A DNA stretch of 64,000 nucleotides from Octopus sinensis. Its lineage: Eukaryota. The notes under the pieces were generated by a model. The model made no database searches. It saw only the letters and a list, made by a program, of their open reading frames with translations, and had not been told where the DNA came from. Below are positions 24,152 to 37,635 of this stretch, one piece after another. Position 1 is the first letter of the stretch. Every line of letters starts with the position of its first letter. Made by a program: the position numbers and the translations under genes. The stretch is taken from NCBI RefSeq assembly GCF_006345805.1, contig NC_043001.1, forward strand, positions 118,730,001-118,794,000, written 5' to 3'.

Positions 24152-24224
24152 CATCTCTCTGTCTCTGTCTCTCTCCATATATACAGTGTTGCATTCATTT
24201 AAATTTTATTACTTTTACAATAAT

Positions 24225-24740
24225 AATAATAATAATCCTATAGGCACAAGGTCTGAAATTGTGATTCTCTTTGCTTCCATCAGCACCAGTACCCAAATGG
24301 TACTTATTTTATTGATGTCAAAAGGATAAGAAGCAAAGTTGACCTTGGCAGAGTTTGAGCTCAGAATTTAATCAGTCATAAAAAATTCTATGTATTTTGT
24401 CTGGTGCAGTGAAAATCCTGTCAGTTTGCTGTCTTACCACCACCACCACCACTGCTGTCGCCACCACCACCACCATCGCCACTGCTGTCGCCACCACCTC
24501 CACCTCCACCACCACCACCACTAAAAATGGTTTCAAATTTTGTCACGAGGTCAGTAATTTTGGAGGAGGGGCTAAGTTGATTACATTGACCCCAGTGCTC
24601 AACTGGTACTTATTTTATCAGCATCAAAAAGATGAAAGGCAAAGTTGACACTGGCAGCATTTGAACCCAGAACATAAAGACAGCCGAAACATTGCAAAGC
24701 ATTTTGTCTGGCATGCTAATGATTCTACCAGCTTGCCACC

Positions 24741-24793
<53 letters not shown>

Positions 24794-25458
24794 GATGCTG
24801 CTGCTGCTGATGATGATGATCATCATCATTTAGCGTCCGTTCTCCATGCTAGCATGGGTTGGACGGTTCAACTGGGGTCTGTGAAGCCAGAAGGCTGCAT
24901 CAGGCCCAGTCAGATCTGGCAGTGTTTCTACGGCTGGATGCCCTTCCTAACGCCAACCACTCCGTGAGTGTAGTGGGTGCTTTTTAGATAATAATAAAAA
25001 TAATAATTGTCCCAAATTTTGGAACAAATAAAGCCAGCAACATTGAAGGGAGGGTTAATCGATTAAATTGATCCCAGTAATTTAATGGTACTTTTATTGA
25101 TCTTACAAGGATGAAAGGGAAACAGCAGGAATTAAACTTGGGAAGTAAAGAGTTACAAGAAATACCAAGGGGCATTTTATTTACTTCTCTAATAGTTCTG
25201 CTGTAGGTACCTTAAAATAATGGTTTCAAATTTTGGCACAAGGCCAGCAATTTTGAGGAGGTGGGTAAGTCGATTACATTGACCCCAGTGCTTCCTTGGT
25301 ATTTAATTTATCGACCTTGAAAGGATGAAAGCCAAAGCCGACCTCAGTGGAATTTGAACTCAGAACGTTAAAGGCAGACGAAATACTGCGACACATTTTA
25401 TCTGGCATGCAAACAATTCTGCCAGCTTGCTGCCTTAATAATAATAATAATAATAATA

Positions 25459-25504
<46 letters not shown>

Positions 25505-25715
25505 TTCTACTATAGGCACAAGGCCTGAAATTCTGGGGGAAGGAGTTAGTCGATTGCATCGACCCCAGTGCATAACTGGTTCCTTATGTCACTGGCCCTG
25601 AAAAGATGAAAGGCAAAGTCAACCTTGGCGGTTTTTGAACTCAAAATGCAAAAGGCGGATGAAATGCTGGTAAGCATTTCGGCCAGTATGCTAACGATTC
25701 TACCAGCTCGCCGCC
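24225..25715 (-). mobile_element. Train of about five same-orientation Nin/Deu-like SINEs separated by trinucleotide repeats
   Basis: Copies at about 24240-24430, 24520-24740, 25005-25170, 25220-25435 and 25505-25715; one RTE tail (24825-24985) is interleaved. Confidence 0.85.
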
Positions 25716-25716
25716 T

Positions 25717-25850
25717 TACTACTACTACTACTACCGCCACCACCACCACCACCACCACCACCACCACCACCACCACTACTACTACCACCACTACTACTAC
25801 TAATAATAATAATAATAATACTACTACTACTACTACTACTAATAATAATT
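25717..25850. repeat. Compound (ACT)/(ACC)/(AAT) microsatellite
   Basis: Directly visible. Confidence 0.95.
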
Positions 25851-25879
25851 TCATTTATTTGCCACCAAATAATTTTATC

Positions 25880-26420
25880 GATATCGTTAGGAAACAAAAT
25901 CTTTCATAGTATAAGCCATGTGCTGGTTGCTTGTAAAAGTTATAATGGATAGTGCTTATAGACTGAAATTTAGATGCCTTGATTTCTTTCACCTTCTATT
26001 CAATACTACTCTGCTCCTTAGTCATGTCTGATCGTTAAGATTAAACTTTCTCGCGTTGGCTTAATGTAATTGCTGAAACTTTACTAATAAAAACCGATAA
26101 GAAATGGAGATGGAACTACAATCCAAGGGACATAACTATGAATGCTTAAGTTTAATATTTGGTTCTTCGTGAAAAATTTCGACATTTTAGAAGCAAATTA
26201 GAAGATTGTAAGTGTCAGTGATGCATAAATTTAATATTCCACATGAAAGATATATAAATTAAAGAAAATAGTCATAAAATGAATGTATTGTCAACAATAA
26301 TATTAATAGAATAAAAAATTCAATCACATAGTTTAAGTAAAAACAAGGGAAGTAACTGTAGCTATCCTTACTGAAGACAATTGAAAGATTGTAAACGAAT
26401 GTCGGCGCGGATGACAGGTG
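25880..26420. promoter_or_regulatory. CpG-retaining promoter-like island
   Basis: About 13 CpG; TCTCGCG at about 26049; ACTACAATCC (ZNF143/Staf-like) 26115-26124; plus-strand donor GATT|GTAAGT at about 26208. Confidence 0.4.
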
Positions 26421-27774
26421 CGGGTCACCTGCCTAAAAATAGCTGAAGCTTTGGGCAAATCTACCTAATATCAGCCATTTAAAAAAAAATGCAATTTTTG
26501 GTAGATGGAACTGAATAGAATTTAGTGAAGAGATTACATTTTATTAAAGGTGGATTGAAAAAAAAATTAGATTAATGAAAACTAATATTAACAAATAAAT
26601 GTTATTCCCCTAGAATAACATTTGCATTTCATTCAGCTTAGGTGATACCGTGTGTGTGTGTGTGTGTGTGTGAGAGTGAGTGTGTCTGTATGTGTACGTG
26701 TGTAGTGAGGGGTATATATTATATTGTGGGAGCATAATTAATGTATCCTAAAATTTTTAACACAATAAGGTGTGATATGAAGGAGCTTGTCTAATAGGCT
26801 GAGAAATTTCATAAATACTCCCTTGTTGGTATATATCATCATCATCATCGTCGTGGTCGTTTTAATGTCTACTTCACAATGCTTATAGGGGTCAGGTCAG
26901 CCAAATGCTCTTCCTGTCATCAACCCTTAACTGTCTCCAATCAAGGTAATACTTTTCCATGGCCAGACATGTTTTTTTTTCAGAATATTGCGAGTGAATG
27001 ACATTCATTTACAATCGTGTGATATCAATAGAGAGAGAGACAAAGGCTCATACGTGTGTGTTTGTCCTCCACCACCGCTTGACAATTGGCATTGGTGTGT
27101 TTACGTTCCTGCAACTTAGCAGTTTGGCAAAAAAAGATTGACAGAATAAGTACCAGGCTTTAAAAAAAGTACTGGAGTTGACCTATTTGACTAAAATTTC
27201 TTCCTTAAGCCTCATGGAGAAGGTGACAAAGAACTTAAATGTTTGGCAATATGTGGTTCTTGAGAAGACCTGCTCATGTCAATGAAATTGAGTTCCAATA
27301 GACCAATTTCCTTCTTCCTCAAGACACCCACCACCTATCACCTCCCCAACTGTATTTTTTCCTTGACACCACTTCACTTACTATCAGGAACCACATCACT
27401 TATCCATTGTCATTCACTAAAACTGATCAGCCATTGATTGACCACTCACCCCACCCACTCACTCACTTCTACAGTGCCATCAAATTATCACCCCTTCCTC
27501 TGTCCCCACATGTCTCACCTTCTTCAAACACCACCTGTCACTGTTCCCCAGTTACTCCAGCAACCTATCCACCAGAATGTCATCACTCTTTTGCTGCCAT
27601 GTTTCCTGTATCATCATTTCTATTCTGCTGCTCTTCATTATTAGACATCCCCATCTCCATACATTCACTCCTAGGACTGAACCTGAAACCAAGTGGCTTG
27701 AAAGCAAATTCCTTTGACACACTCATATCTGCACCTATAGCTATGTCTGCACACACACACACACACACTCATAT

Positions 27775-28069
27775 ATTTCACTGTGACCGACCAGGCTATC
27801 AGATGTTGCTACATATCGCTGGTCACAATGCGCTTCACATTGTTTTAGCTTTCAAATGATGCCACACCGCTGGCTAAGCGAGCAGGCCAACAGAAGAAAG
27901 AGTGAGAGAAAGTTGTGGCAAAAGAGTACAGCAGGGATCGCCACCACCCACTGCCGGAGCCTTGTGGAGCTTTAGGTGTTTTCACCCAATAAACACAATG
28001 GCCTGGGAATCGAAACTGTGATCCTATGATTGCGATTCCGCTGCCCTAACAACTGGGTCATTGCGCCTC

Positions 28070-28072
<3 letters not shown>
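27775..28072 (-). mobile_element. Full-length SINE family B
   Basis: rc head ggaggcgcaatgacccagttgttagggcagcgg...gtttcgattccc; matches 47577-47886. Confidence 0.9.
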
Positions 28073-28105
<33 letters not shown>

Positions 28106-28127
28106 GATATATAGATATATATATATA

Positions 28128-28322
28128 AAGTTAATCCAAACATGAAAACACAACAATGCGAGGATATGGAACAAAAATAGTATTATTGGACGCTCAAGAA
28201 GGAAGGAAAGAAGGAAGGTTTGCTACGAGTGGAGCTCTTTGTCAGAAACATAGGAAAAGGAAAGATCCAAAGAAGGGAAGACGGAGGAAAAAAAATCGCC
28301 AACGGTACACACGCGGCCACAT
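28128..28322 (-). mobile_element. (TA)n-embedded Penelope-like terminal remnant with hammerhead relic
   Basis: Flanked by (TA)n on both sides; rc of 28218-28250 reads gttt CTGACAA a gagc tcc actc gtagc aaac. Confidence 0.5.
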
Positions 28323-28376
<54 letters not shown>

Positions 28377-29049
28377 AAAACAAAGAATATGGAGACTGAT
28401 ACATCTTTGAATTTTTTAAAAATTCTAACAGTTAATTATACAACATAATTAATTAAAATGACTGACATGTGTTTCTGCTGCATAGACAATATGCATTTGC
28501 GTATACAACCCACAATATTCTGTTATGTACCTTCATTCAGGGTCTTTCCACCAGCGTGGTCCAAAGGGAACTGAGTTTATTCATGCATGGCTAGCTTATT
28601 TCTTTATTTTACTATGATCTTAGATACAAAATGGAAGAGAAGGGGAGATGTTGAAGTCTGACAGGGTTATAAAATTTACTTTGTACTTGACCTCATGTGA
28701 ACTTTAGTTCTAAGATGAAACTGACTAAATTAGGTTAAAGTATATCTTAGTGTTCAAATATAACTTCATCTATGTATTAATAAATAAAAATGAATTAAGT
28801 TTAATTAAATCAATTGGAGAAATTCTGTCATATATACTGAAGATATCCATATGAAAGGTGCACTTGTTAACTGGGTTTTAGATTATATGGAAGTTACTGC
28901 GTCCTAAATGTGTTGCTATGATTTATAAAGAAGACATTTTAAGCTGGTGATTATATTGATAACCAGTTGAAAGTTAAACCAGATATTGTCTTGACATTTA
29001 CCCCTTAAATTCAGGCACCTCCTCTTTGTGGAGTGGATATTATCCTATC

Positions 29050-29235
29050 CAACACCTGCATGGAAATATTTAAATGTTTTCCCATGCAGAAGTGAACATC
29101 CTAAGGCTTGTTCCAATCTATTGTTAAGCAATTGGTATTTTAATGAAAAAATCTGGTAAATATCCTCTATGCACAAGTGACACCTTTTTCCTCCTGCTAT
29201 ATAAGGTAAAGCAGTGCTAATTTTTTCCACTCTAT
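29050..29235 (-). mobile_element. Penelope-like element C-terminal relic
   Basis: LPYIAGGKRCHLCIEDIYQIFSLKYQLLNNRLEQALGC fits the PLE PY..G...C.LC..E...I...LLN.R.E pattern that follows GIY-YIG. Confidence 0.7.
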
Positions 29236-29562
29236 ACTAAAGCTAGCATTTTTATTCCTAAGTGATCAGACAAACTTACTTAAGCTAGTGTTGTGCATCT
29301 TAAATCTATCCTTAAATGATTTGTTTAAGGAAAGAATTAAGGTGCACAACACTACCTCGAGCAAGTTCCCCATGTCACTTAAGGACATCATTTAGCACCA
29401 TTTCAGTTCTTTTAAGGATAGAGTTAAGAATGCACAACACTAGCTTCAGCACGTGTATAGAAGTCTCAGTTTCATCCTGAAGCTAAGCTTAACATGAGGT
29501 CATATTTTATAACCATTTCAGGTTTCAACATCTTCCCATCACTTCCATTTTGCATCTAAGAC

Positions 29563-30170
29563 ATCATCATCAACATCATCATCATCGTTTAACGTCTACT
29601 TTCCATGCTAGCATGGGTTGGACGATTTGACTGAGGTCTGGCGAACCAGATGGCTGCACTGGACTCCAATCTTTATCTGGCAGAGTTTCTACAGCTGGAT
29701 GCCCTTCCTAACACCAACCACTCCGAGAGTAAAATAGTAAAATAAAGAAATAAGCTAACCATACATAAATAAAATCAGTTCACTTTGGACCACATTTGTG
29801 GAAAGATACTAAATGAAAGTACAAAGCAGAATATTGTGAGTTGCATATGCAAATGCATGTAGTCTACACTGCAGAAACATGTGTTGGTCATTTGGACTAA
29901 TTATGCTGACTGGCTCCCGTGCCAGTGGCACATAAAAAGCACTATTCGTGTGTGGTTGATGCCAGTACCGCCTGACTGGCCCCCATGCTGGTGGTATGTA
30001 AAAAGCACCCACTACACTCTTGGAGTAGTTGGCGCTAGGAAGAGCATCCAAATGTAGAAACCTTACCAGATCAAATTGGAGCCCGATGCAGCCCCCTGGC
30101 TTGCCAGTCCTCAGTCAAATCGTCCAAACCATGCCAGCATGGAAAGCGGACGTTAAATGATGATGATGAT
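29563..30170. mobile_element. Two oppositely oriented RTE 3' ends forming an imperfect palindrome around a filler
   Basis: catcatcgtttaacgtc...ccatgctagcatgggttggacg (29575-29730) and cgtccaaaccatgccagcatggaaagcggacgttaaatgatgatg (to 30170). Confidence 0.8.
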
Positions 30171-30423
30171 GAATTAACTGTTAAAATTAAAAGAAAAATT
30201 CAAAGATGTACCAGTCTCCATATTCTTTTTAAATGTTTTGGATTTACACTCTCCAAAATATTTATAATCCCGTGAAATGTATTTGGATTTACTCATTAGA
30301 AGAATTACAGTGGGATTTCTCACCCTAAGTGATCCTTGGTGCTTCTTACTACTTGATGTGCTTAACTAGAACCTGGATTATATGAATGAGCACTGGATAA
30401 TTTATCCCTATATACTCATTCTT

Positions 30424-30471
<48 letters not shown>

Positions 30472-30634
30472 CACATATATATATACACATACATACACAC
30501 AAGCATAACTGTATGTTCAAGATCTTAGCTTTGCAACCACATGGTTTCAGGTTCAGTCCCACTGCATAGGAAATTGCATTGATCAATTCCTCATGAATGA
30601 ATTTTGTAGATGGAAACTGTAGCAAGAAGCTCAT

Positions 30635-30690
<56 letters not shown>

Positions 30691-30817
30691 TGTGTGTGTG
30701 TGTGCATGCAAATGTGTATGAATACTCCTTACTTATTACTTGAGCAAAAATAATGGTAATGTTGTCATTTATTATTGTCAAAAGAATCAGTTGCTTAATG
30801 ATTCCCACAAACTCTGA

Positions 30818-30819
<2 letters not shown>

Positions 30820-30896
<77 letters not shown>

Positions 30897-30950
30897 TAAT
30901 AATAATAATAATAGTAATAATAATAATAATACTACTACTAATAATAATAA
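30820..30950. repeat. Long (AAT)n microsatellite
   Basis: Directly visible. Confidence 0.97.
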
Positions 30951-31369
30951 TATCTCAGACTTGCAACACAAGTAAGGGTTGGCAATAGCAAGAGGATGTG
31001 GCCTTAATATCTTGCTAGAAATAACTCCCCATTAACCCAGCAACCATGGAAAAACAGGTGTTAAATGAATGAGCAAATGAACGAAACACACACACACACA
31101 CACATCAAAGGAGATAAGAGGTAATTTTGACACCTGAAAGAACTTGCTTATTATAGTTTTCAAATTACTTGAACATCTTTGGTGCTAATTAAACAACATA
31201 AATTCAAATGTTAAATGTTAATTAGTGAAAGATTAAGTGCAAAAGGTTGACAGAGTATGAGGAGTATGCATATATATATGTATGGCATGTGTGTTTGTGG
31301 GTGGGAGTGTGGGTGGGAGTGTATGCTAATAGACAATTAACAACAATGGAGTGGAGATTATTGACACTC

Positions 31370-31400
<31 letters not shown>

Positions 31401-31488
31401 TGAAGGAGAAAAGTAAGAGAGAGAGGTGGAGCAAAAGCAGAGGGAAAAATGATAAGGTATTGAAAGCACATGTTGACAGAGAGGAAGT

Positions 31489-31491
<3 letters not shown>

Positions 31492-31523
<32 letters not shown>

Positions 31524-31536
31524 AAGAGAGAGAGAG

Positions 31537-31613
<77 letters not shown>
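31492..31613. repeat. Long (AG)n microsatellite
   Basis: Directly visible. Confidence 0.97.
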
Positions 31614-31615
<2 letters not shown>

Positions 31616-32077
31616 ATCAACCCAAGCGCTGAAGATAGGTTGTTTTTCATGTTTGTTGGTTTCTTTTAAGCTTGAGTTTTAGAAAACACCACACACTGAA
31701 AGGTCCCCAAATGAGTTACCAGGAATGTTAAAATGTTGGACTACATTTTTACTGTTAGCACCCATTCACTATTTACTTTTCAAATAGATATACTTGAGGA
31801 TACCCCTCTTCTCTGTTTCTTTTCTCAAAGCTCGCTCACTAATCACATATATCCTCTTTAGTCATATTAAAAATCTGGTCGAATTGTTTCAATGATGAAA
31901 TATAATAAGGCTGAAACATGTCCAGAATTATCATTGTATTCTTAAAGATCAAACTAACTCAGCACTGCATTCTAATTTCAGTTAACTTTAATAAAACTCT
32001 AGGGTTATTTCTCCTACTTTTCTTGGCCAGAATTAGTCATTTAGATTTAAAAAAATTTTTCTTATTCTTTTACATGT

Positions 32078-32447
32078 TTAAGTCATTTGACTGTGATCAT
32101 GCTGGAGCACTACCTCAAATGGTTTTTGTGGAACAAATTGACCCCAGGATTTATTTTTTATAAGCCTATAACTTATTCTATCGGTCTCGTTTGCAGAACC
32201 ACTAAGTTACAGGGATGTAAACACACCAACATCTGTTGTCAAGCAATGGTGGAGGGACAAACACAAACAAACATATACATACATATATTTATATGACAGG
32301 ATTCTTTCAGTTTCTGTCTACCAAATCCACTCACAACGCTTTAGTTGGCCCAAGGCTACAGTAGAAGACAGTTTTCTAAGGTGCCATGCAGTGGGACTGA
32401 ACCTGGAACCATGTGGTTGGGAAGTAAGCTTCTTACCACACAGCCAC
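32078..32447 (-). mobile_element. SINE family A
   Basis: Same modules as 1052-1975. Confidence 0.88.
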
Positions 32448-32896
32448 CTCAGGTATAATTAAATAATGACAACACCTACTTTACTAATTACAAATAGGTT
32501 GTTTTTGTTGTTGCTGTTGTTATTGTTAGCGCCAAGTTCACTGACTGAACAGACCTTAGTATCAGCAGCATTTCAGTGATGACCATTCCATCTTCTGCAT
32601 ATCTACAACCGCATTGTTCAAGGATTTGTTTCTATTTTAAGATGACAGGGTGTGGTCTGTTGTTATTGTTGTTGTTGATGTTGTAGGTACAAGTGGTAGA
32701 ATTGATGCTGACAATGATATTGAGCATGAAGCTGTTGTTGCATAATCCCATGTCAGTTCTGATCAAGCAGACAAAAGACATTCCAGCTGTATCCATCCTG
32801 TCTCCTATTCAGTTATTTTCAATTATTTAATCAATAATTTAATTCTTTCTGAATATTTAATTAACTATGCACATTTATCATTATCTTAAACACACA

Positions 32897-32928
<32 letters not shown>

Positions 32929-33854
32929 GACACACACACACAGACACAGACACATTCATATAGGTGATGTATTGGTAGAGTTATTAGAGCATTGGATAGA
33001 ATGTGTTGCTATATTTGTTTCAAGTCTCTGCATTCTGAGTTCAAATCCTGCCAAAGACAACTCTGTTTTTCATCCTTTCGGGGTTGATGAAAAAGTGCCA
33101 GTCCAGAGCAGCAGATCAGTGGAACTGTAACAATATTGGATTAGATGCTTTGTGGAATTTGTTTGCGTTCTGTGATCAAATCTCCCCAAGGCCTACTCAG
33201 GGAGAAAACGGAATTTGCCATGTGGTTCAACACCAGCACCTGGTCCTTGGGTGCCATTACTCTGCAGTTTATTCTGTTGCAAGAACTCAATCCAGTGCTC
33301 TAGCCTGAAGATATCTTCCTCACTCTATCCTATGTGACTCATAAGCCTTGTAAAGCCTTACAGTAGCCTTCTGCATGATATACGTGTAAATATATATACA
33401 TATATATATATACATACATACACACACACACACACACATACCTTCTCCCCTTAATTTTTGGTGTCTTTGTATTCTGTGTAAATCTGCACTTGCAATCTAT
33501 AAACATCTAATTATTTATAGATGAATGTTCACCATCTGAACATTTTCCAGTCTTTGTTTTCTTCTCCATTAACGTGTATATATGTATGTACATTTTATGT
33601 ATCGAGCCCAAGCAGTTTTATTCCTTTATTTGCATCCTTATCTCTACATCTGCTCCTCACCTAGATTCCTCTGATAGCCACTCTTTACCCTGCGAAACTT
33701 AGTCCTTGGCAAAGATATCGGAGAGTAAATTCAAATGATTTGAGTGCTATAAAGTGTTTTCTATATTGAGCATTTCTGGATCCTATCCGTTCTCTCTCTG
33801 TCTCTCCTTCCCTCTCTGTCTTACTCTCTTTCCCTTTCTCTCTCCCTCCCCTTC

Positions 33855-33887
<33 letters not shown>

Positions 33888-33907
33888 ATATATATATATT
33901 TATATAT

Positions 33908-34118
33908 ATCATCATCGTTTAGCGTCCGCTTTCCATGCTAGCATGGGTTGGACGGTTCAACTGGGGTCTGGGAAGCCAGAAGGCTGCACCAAGCCCAGTC
34001 TGCTCTGGGAATGTTTCTATGGCTGGATGCTATTCCTGATGCCAACCACTCCGTGAGTGTAGTGGGTGCTTTTTACGTGCCAGACGAGGGTGGCAAATGG
34101 CCACGATCGGATGGTGCT
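33908..34118 (-). mobile_element. 5'-truncated RTE 3' end
   Basis: catcatcgtttagcgtccgctttccatgctagcatgggttggacgg is the rc of 48950-49110. Confidence 0.85.
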
Positions 34119-34172
34119 TTATCAATATAAAGTGCATCCAGGACTACCTTATTTCAAACACCTTTCTTTCAG

Positions 34173-34275
34173 ATGATAGGAGTGAGATCTGAGGATGATT
34201 TGGTTCCTGTCCCCTGTCCCAAATAGATCAAGTGGCTGCACAGAGGCGGAATCCGTTGATATAATCAGCTACAAG
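34173..34275 (+). other. Candidate exon with possible start codon (unverified)
   Basis: Acceptor cctttctttcag, donor AAG|GTACTG; ATG 34195 is open to the donor (MIWFLSPVPNRSSGCTEAESVDIISYK). Confidence 0.22.
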
Positions 34276-34601
34276 GTACTGTATCACCAATGCTAATCAG
34301 TAGAATATGTGGAAACTAGTGGTGATACATGTTAGCAAAGACCAATTAATTTAGAAAAAAAAATAAAAGGCAAATATGAAGCCACACAAAATAAAAATAA
34401 AAACGGCCATTAAGAAAATAACAGAAATTCATTGAACATATAGCTTCAAAGAAAAGTGAAAATGTATTGAGGTTATGGAGAGATTAAGAGAGGCAAATGG
34501 CAAATGGCACTTGTTTACATGTGTAAACATGTTTGTGAGGAGGCGTGCAAATAGATATATCTTTTGATTTATGCCAGCTGTGAAGAAACAAATTTGTAAG
34601 G

Positions 34602-34640
<39 letters not shown>

Positions 34641-34729
34641 ATATATATATATATATGCTTGTATGTATATCTGTACATATATCCCTTCCCCTCCCCTCTC
34701 TCTCTCTATATATATATGTCTCTCCCCCC

Positions 34730-34766
<37 letters not shown>

Positions 34767-35937
34767 CATATATTTGTGTGTGTGTGTATAAACATACACT
34801 AGCATGAACATGCTATCTTGAATATAGCCTATTCTGCAGTAACATTGGATTTTATACATGAGATTAATAAATCAATGCATTTCTATTCTCTCACCCCACC
34901 TCCCATCTGCCTGCCTGCCTGTCTGCCTGCCAGCCTACCTGCCTACCTACCTACTTACCTACCTATCTACCTACCTACCTACCTACCTACCTACCCATCT
35001 ATCTGATATATTTCGTAGCATGAAGGAAGGTGAATAAAGAAAAATAGAGACGGAACTGTGAGACGGACAGAGATCCCAAGACCATGTAGCTATGGTTATT
35101 GTGTGTGGAGTTCTCTGTATTCATGTCACAAGCAGCAAAAAAAATTCAACTCCAGTAAGAATGAAATGATAGGCAAAAGTTATGGTGACAGTGACAGTGA
35201 TTGGGTTTTCATGATATCTACATCAGAGTTCCTCTCGACCATTACATTCATCTCTTTTTAGCGTTTTCCCCAATTCTTTACTCTCTCACGTATTACTGTT
35301 CTCTCTCATGTATCATCCACCTCTGTTTCTATTAGTGTGCTTCCCTACTATCTCTGATTCTCTCTTATCATGCTGTTTGTGTCATGAGGGATGTCCTCAC
35401 AGTGGATATATCTATTCAGTGACAAACCATCATACCATCACTCTTCCTCATTGTTATCCAACAGTCCCTCTCATATTACTCTCTTCTCTATCTCTTATTG
35501 GAGACATTCATTACTCTATTTCTCTCCGTCTGTCACCTATTTCTCTCCTATCACTTTTCTCAACATGCCACTCAATGCTACTATTCAACCTCCTTACCAA
35601 CAATCGTCATGAAGCTGTCTATTCCCCAGGCTCTCCTCCATTACTCTTTATCACCTTTTTGCTCCTGTCGCTCTGGATCATCTCTTCTTTTACACCTACA
35701 TGACCCTCTCATTTGCAGAGTCTGCTGCATCTAGTCATCACATGTATAGGTAGGCAAGCCCTAATATGCTAATTAATCCACAGCCAGGGTACTAGCAGGT
35801 CAATTACTCTGGGTCAAGCAGACCTGAGAACAATAGTGGCTAATTGATGGTTTCACACTCTTCGAAATTCTGGAACTTCTAAACCTGGGTCCACCACTAG
35901 GTGCATTTTAAAGTGATATCAAGGACTCAAACACACA

Positions 35938-36255
35938 CAAATCATCATCATTGTTTTACTGTCCACTTTTCCATGCTTGCATGAGTTACCTGAAATGTGT
36001 TGAGAAAGATTTTCTATGACTGCCCATCGCCAGACTGAAGTCACACACACACACACACACACACATGTGAATGCATGTCCATACATACATACATATACCT
36101 GGCAGGTTTCTTTTAGTTCCTGTCTACCAAATCTACTTACAAGTCTTTGACTGGCCCAGTGATAAGTAGAAGACACTTGCTCAAAGACATGTGCAGTGAG
36201 ACTGAATCTGAAGCCATGTGGTTTCAAAGTAGGCTTCTTAACCATACAACCACAA
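35938..36255 (-). mobile_element. SINE family A head with RTE-type tail
   Basis: catcattgttttactgtccacttttccatgcttgcatg ... ttcttaaccatacaaccac. Confidence 0.75.
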
Positions 36256-36952
36256 ACCACACCAATATATATTTACACACGCACACTTTTCTGTGTATAT
36301 ATCTATATGTGTGTGTGTAAATATAAATTAAAAAAATATTTAGATCAAAAATTGATTAAAGTTAGGGGATATACATTGGCAGTACTTTTTTCTGTCATAT
36401 TACTTCATTCGCATTTGAAGAATATAAATATACTGAAGAATATAAATATACTGAAGAATATAAATATATACTGTTTGCATTTGTCAATACATTTTCTTTA
36501 ATTGAAAATGAAACTACGGCATTTTAAATTTGTAGAAAGTGAAACAACAAATGCTTTCAAATGTAAACAAAATATATTTAGACATTTCAAATGAAAACAA
36601 AATACATTTATTTATAAAAAAAAAAGTATTATTGCTGTGCTGTAAATACTCTAATGCTAATCAGTTGTTGATTTAAAAAATATATTCTTTTAAATAATAG
36701 AAAAAATTTTTTCAGATAAAAACTTTTTTTTTTGCAGATTTTGAAACTCTGATGATCAAAACATAAAAATCTGTTTTAAAAAGAAGGAATAGTGGAAAAA
36801 AAAGAAGTTAGATGGGAAGGTTAAAAAAAATCCACTCTAAAACAAATTTGTAAATTGTGTTTTTATTTAGTTACTTCAACCTGAAAATAATGATATTGTT
36901 GTTATTTATATATTGCAGACACTGTAATATATAAGTAACATCATACAGGATG

Positions 36953-36996
<44 letters not shown>

Positions 36997-37184
36997 AAAC
37001 AGGGGGACTGAATAGATAAAATTATCTTTAAAACGTCAAGGAACTGAAGTTAATCAATGAAATAACAAAACAGTAATTTCAAGTGAGGAAAAGCAAGAAT
37101 AAAAGCAGCAACGGGCCTGTCCATCCATCAGACCATTTATCTGTGTTTCCCTCTCAGTATTCTTAACTTTTAAAAAAATAATTA

Positions 37185-37431
37185 TCATCATTATTATCTT
37201 TTAATGTCCCCTTTTCCAGGCCTTGCATGGGTAGATGGAGTTTATTGAGACAAATTTTCTAAAGCCAAATGCCCTTCCAGTCACCTGTCTTCACTTGTTT
37301 CCAAGTAATATTTCCTCAAAGCCAGACATGTTTTTACAGAATATTGGAAATGAATGACACTGTTTATATGACAGTGACACTCATTTACGACCATCATACA
37401 ATGTCAAGAGAAGAGAAAACAAAATGCATAG

Positions 37432-37462
<31 letters not shown>

Positions 37463-37635
37463 TATATATATATAAATATAAGCAAGTAACTTCTTTCAGT
37501 TTCTGCCGACCAAATGCACTCATAAGGCTTTGATCAACCCAGGATTAGAGTAGAAGACACATGCCCAAGATGCCATGCAATGGGACTGAACCCAGATCTC
37601 TGTGGTTAGGAAGTAAACTTCTCACCACACAGCCA
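37185..37635 (-). mobile_element. SINE family A head with RTE-type tail
   Basis: ttaatgtccccttttccaggccttgcatggg ... ctcaccacacagccatg. Confidence 0.8.

Noticed and set aside
33665-33705. CTGATAG...GAAAC hammerhead-like motif (a similar one lies at about 31887-31925)
   Set aside because: The core is altered and stems I and II cannot be paired.
35300-35750. Possible RTE C-terminal relic on the minus strand
   Set aside because: Too degenerate to support beyond a weak HVE motif.
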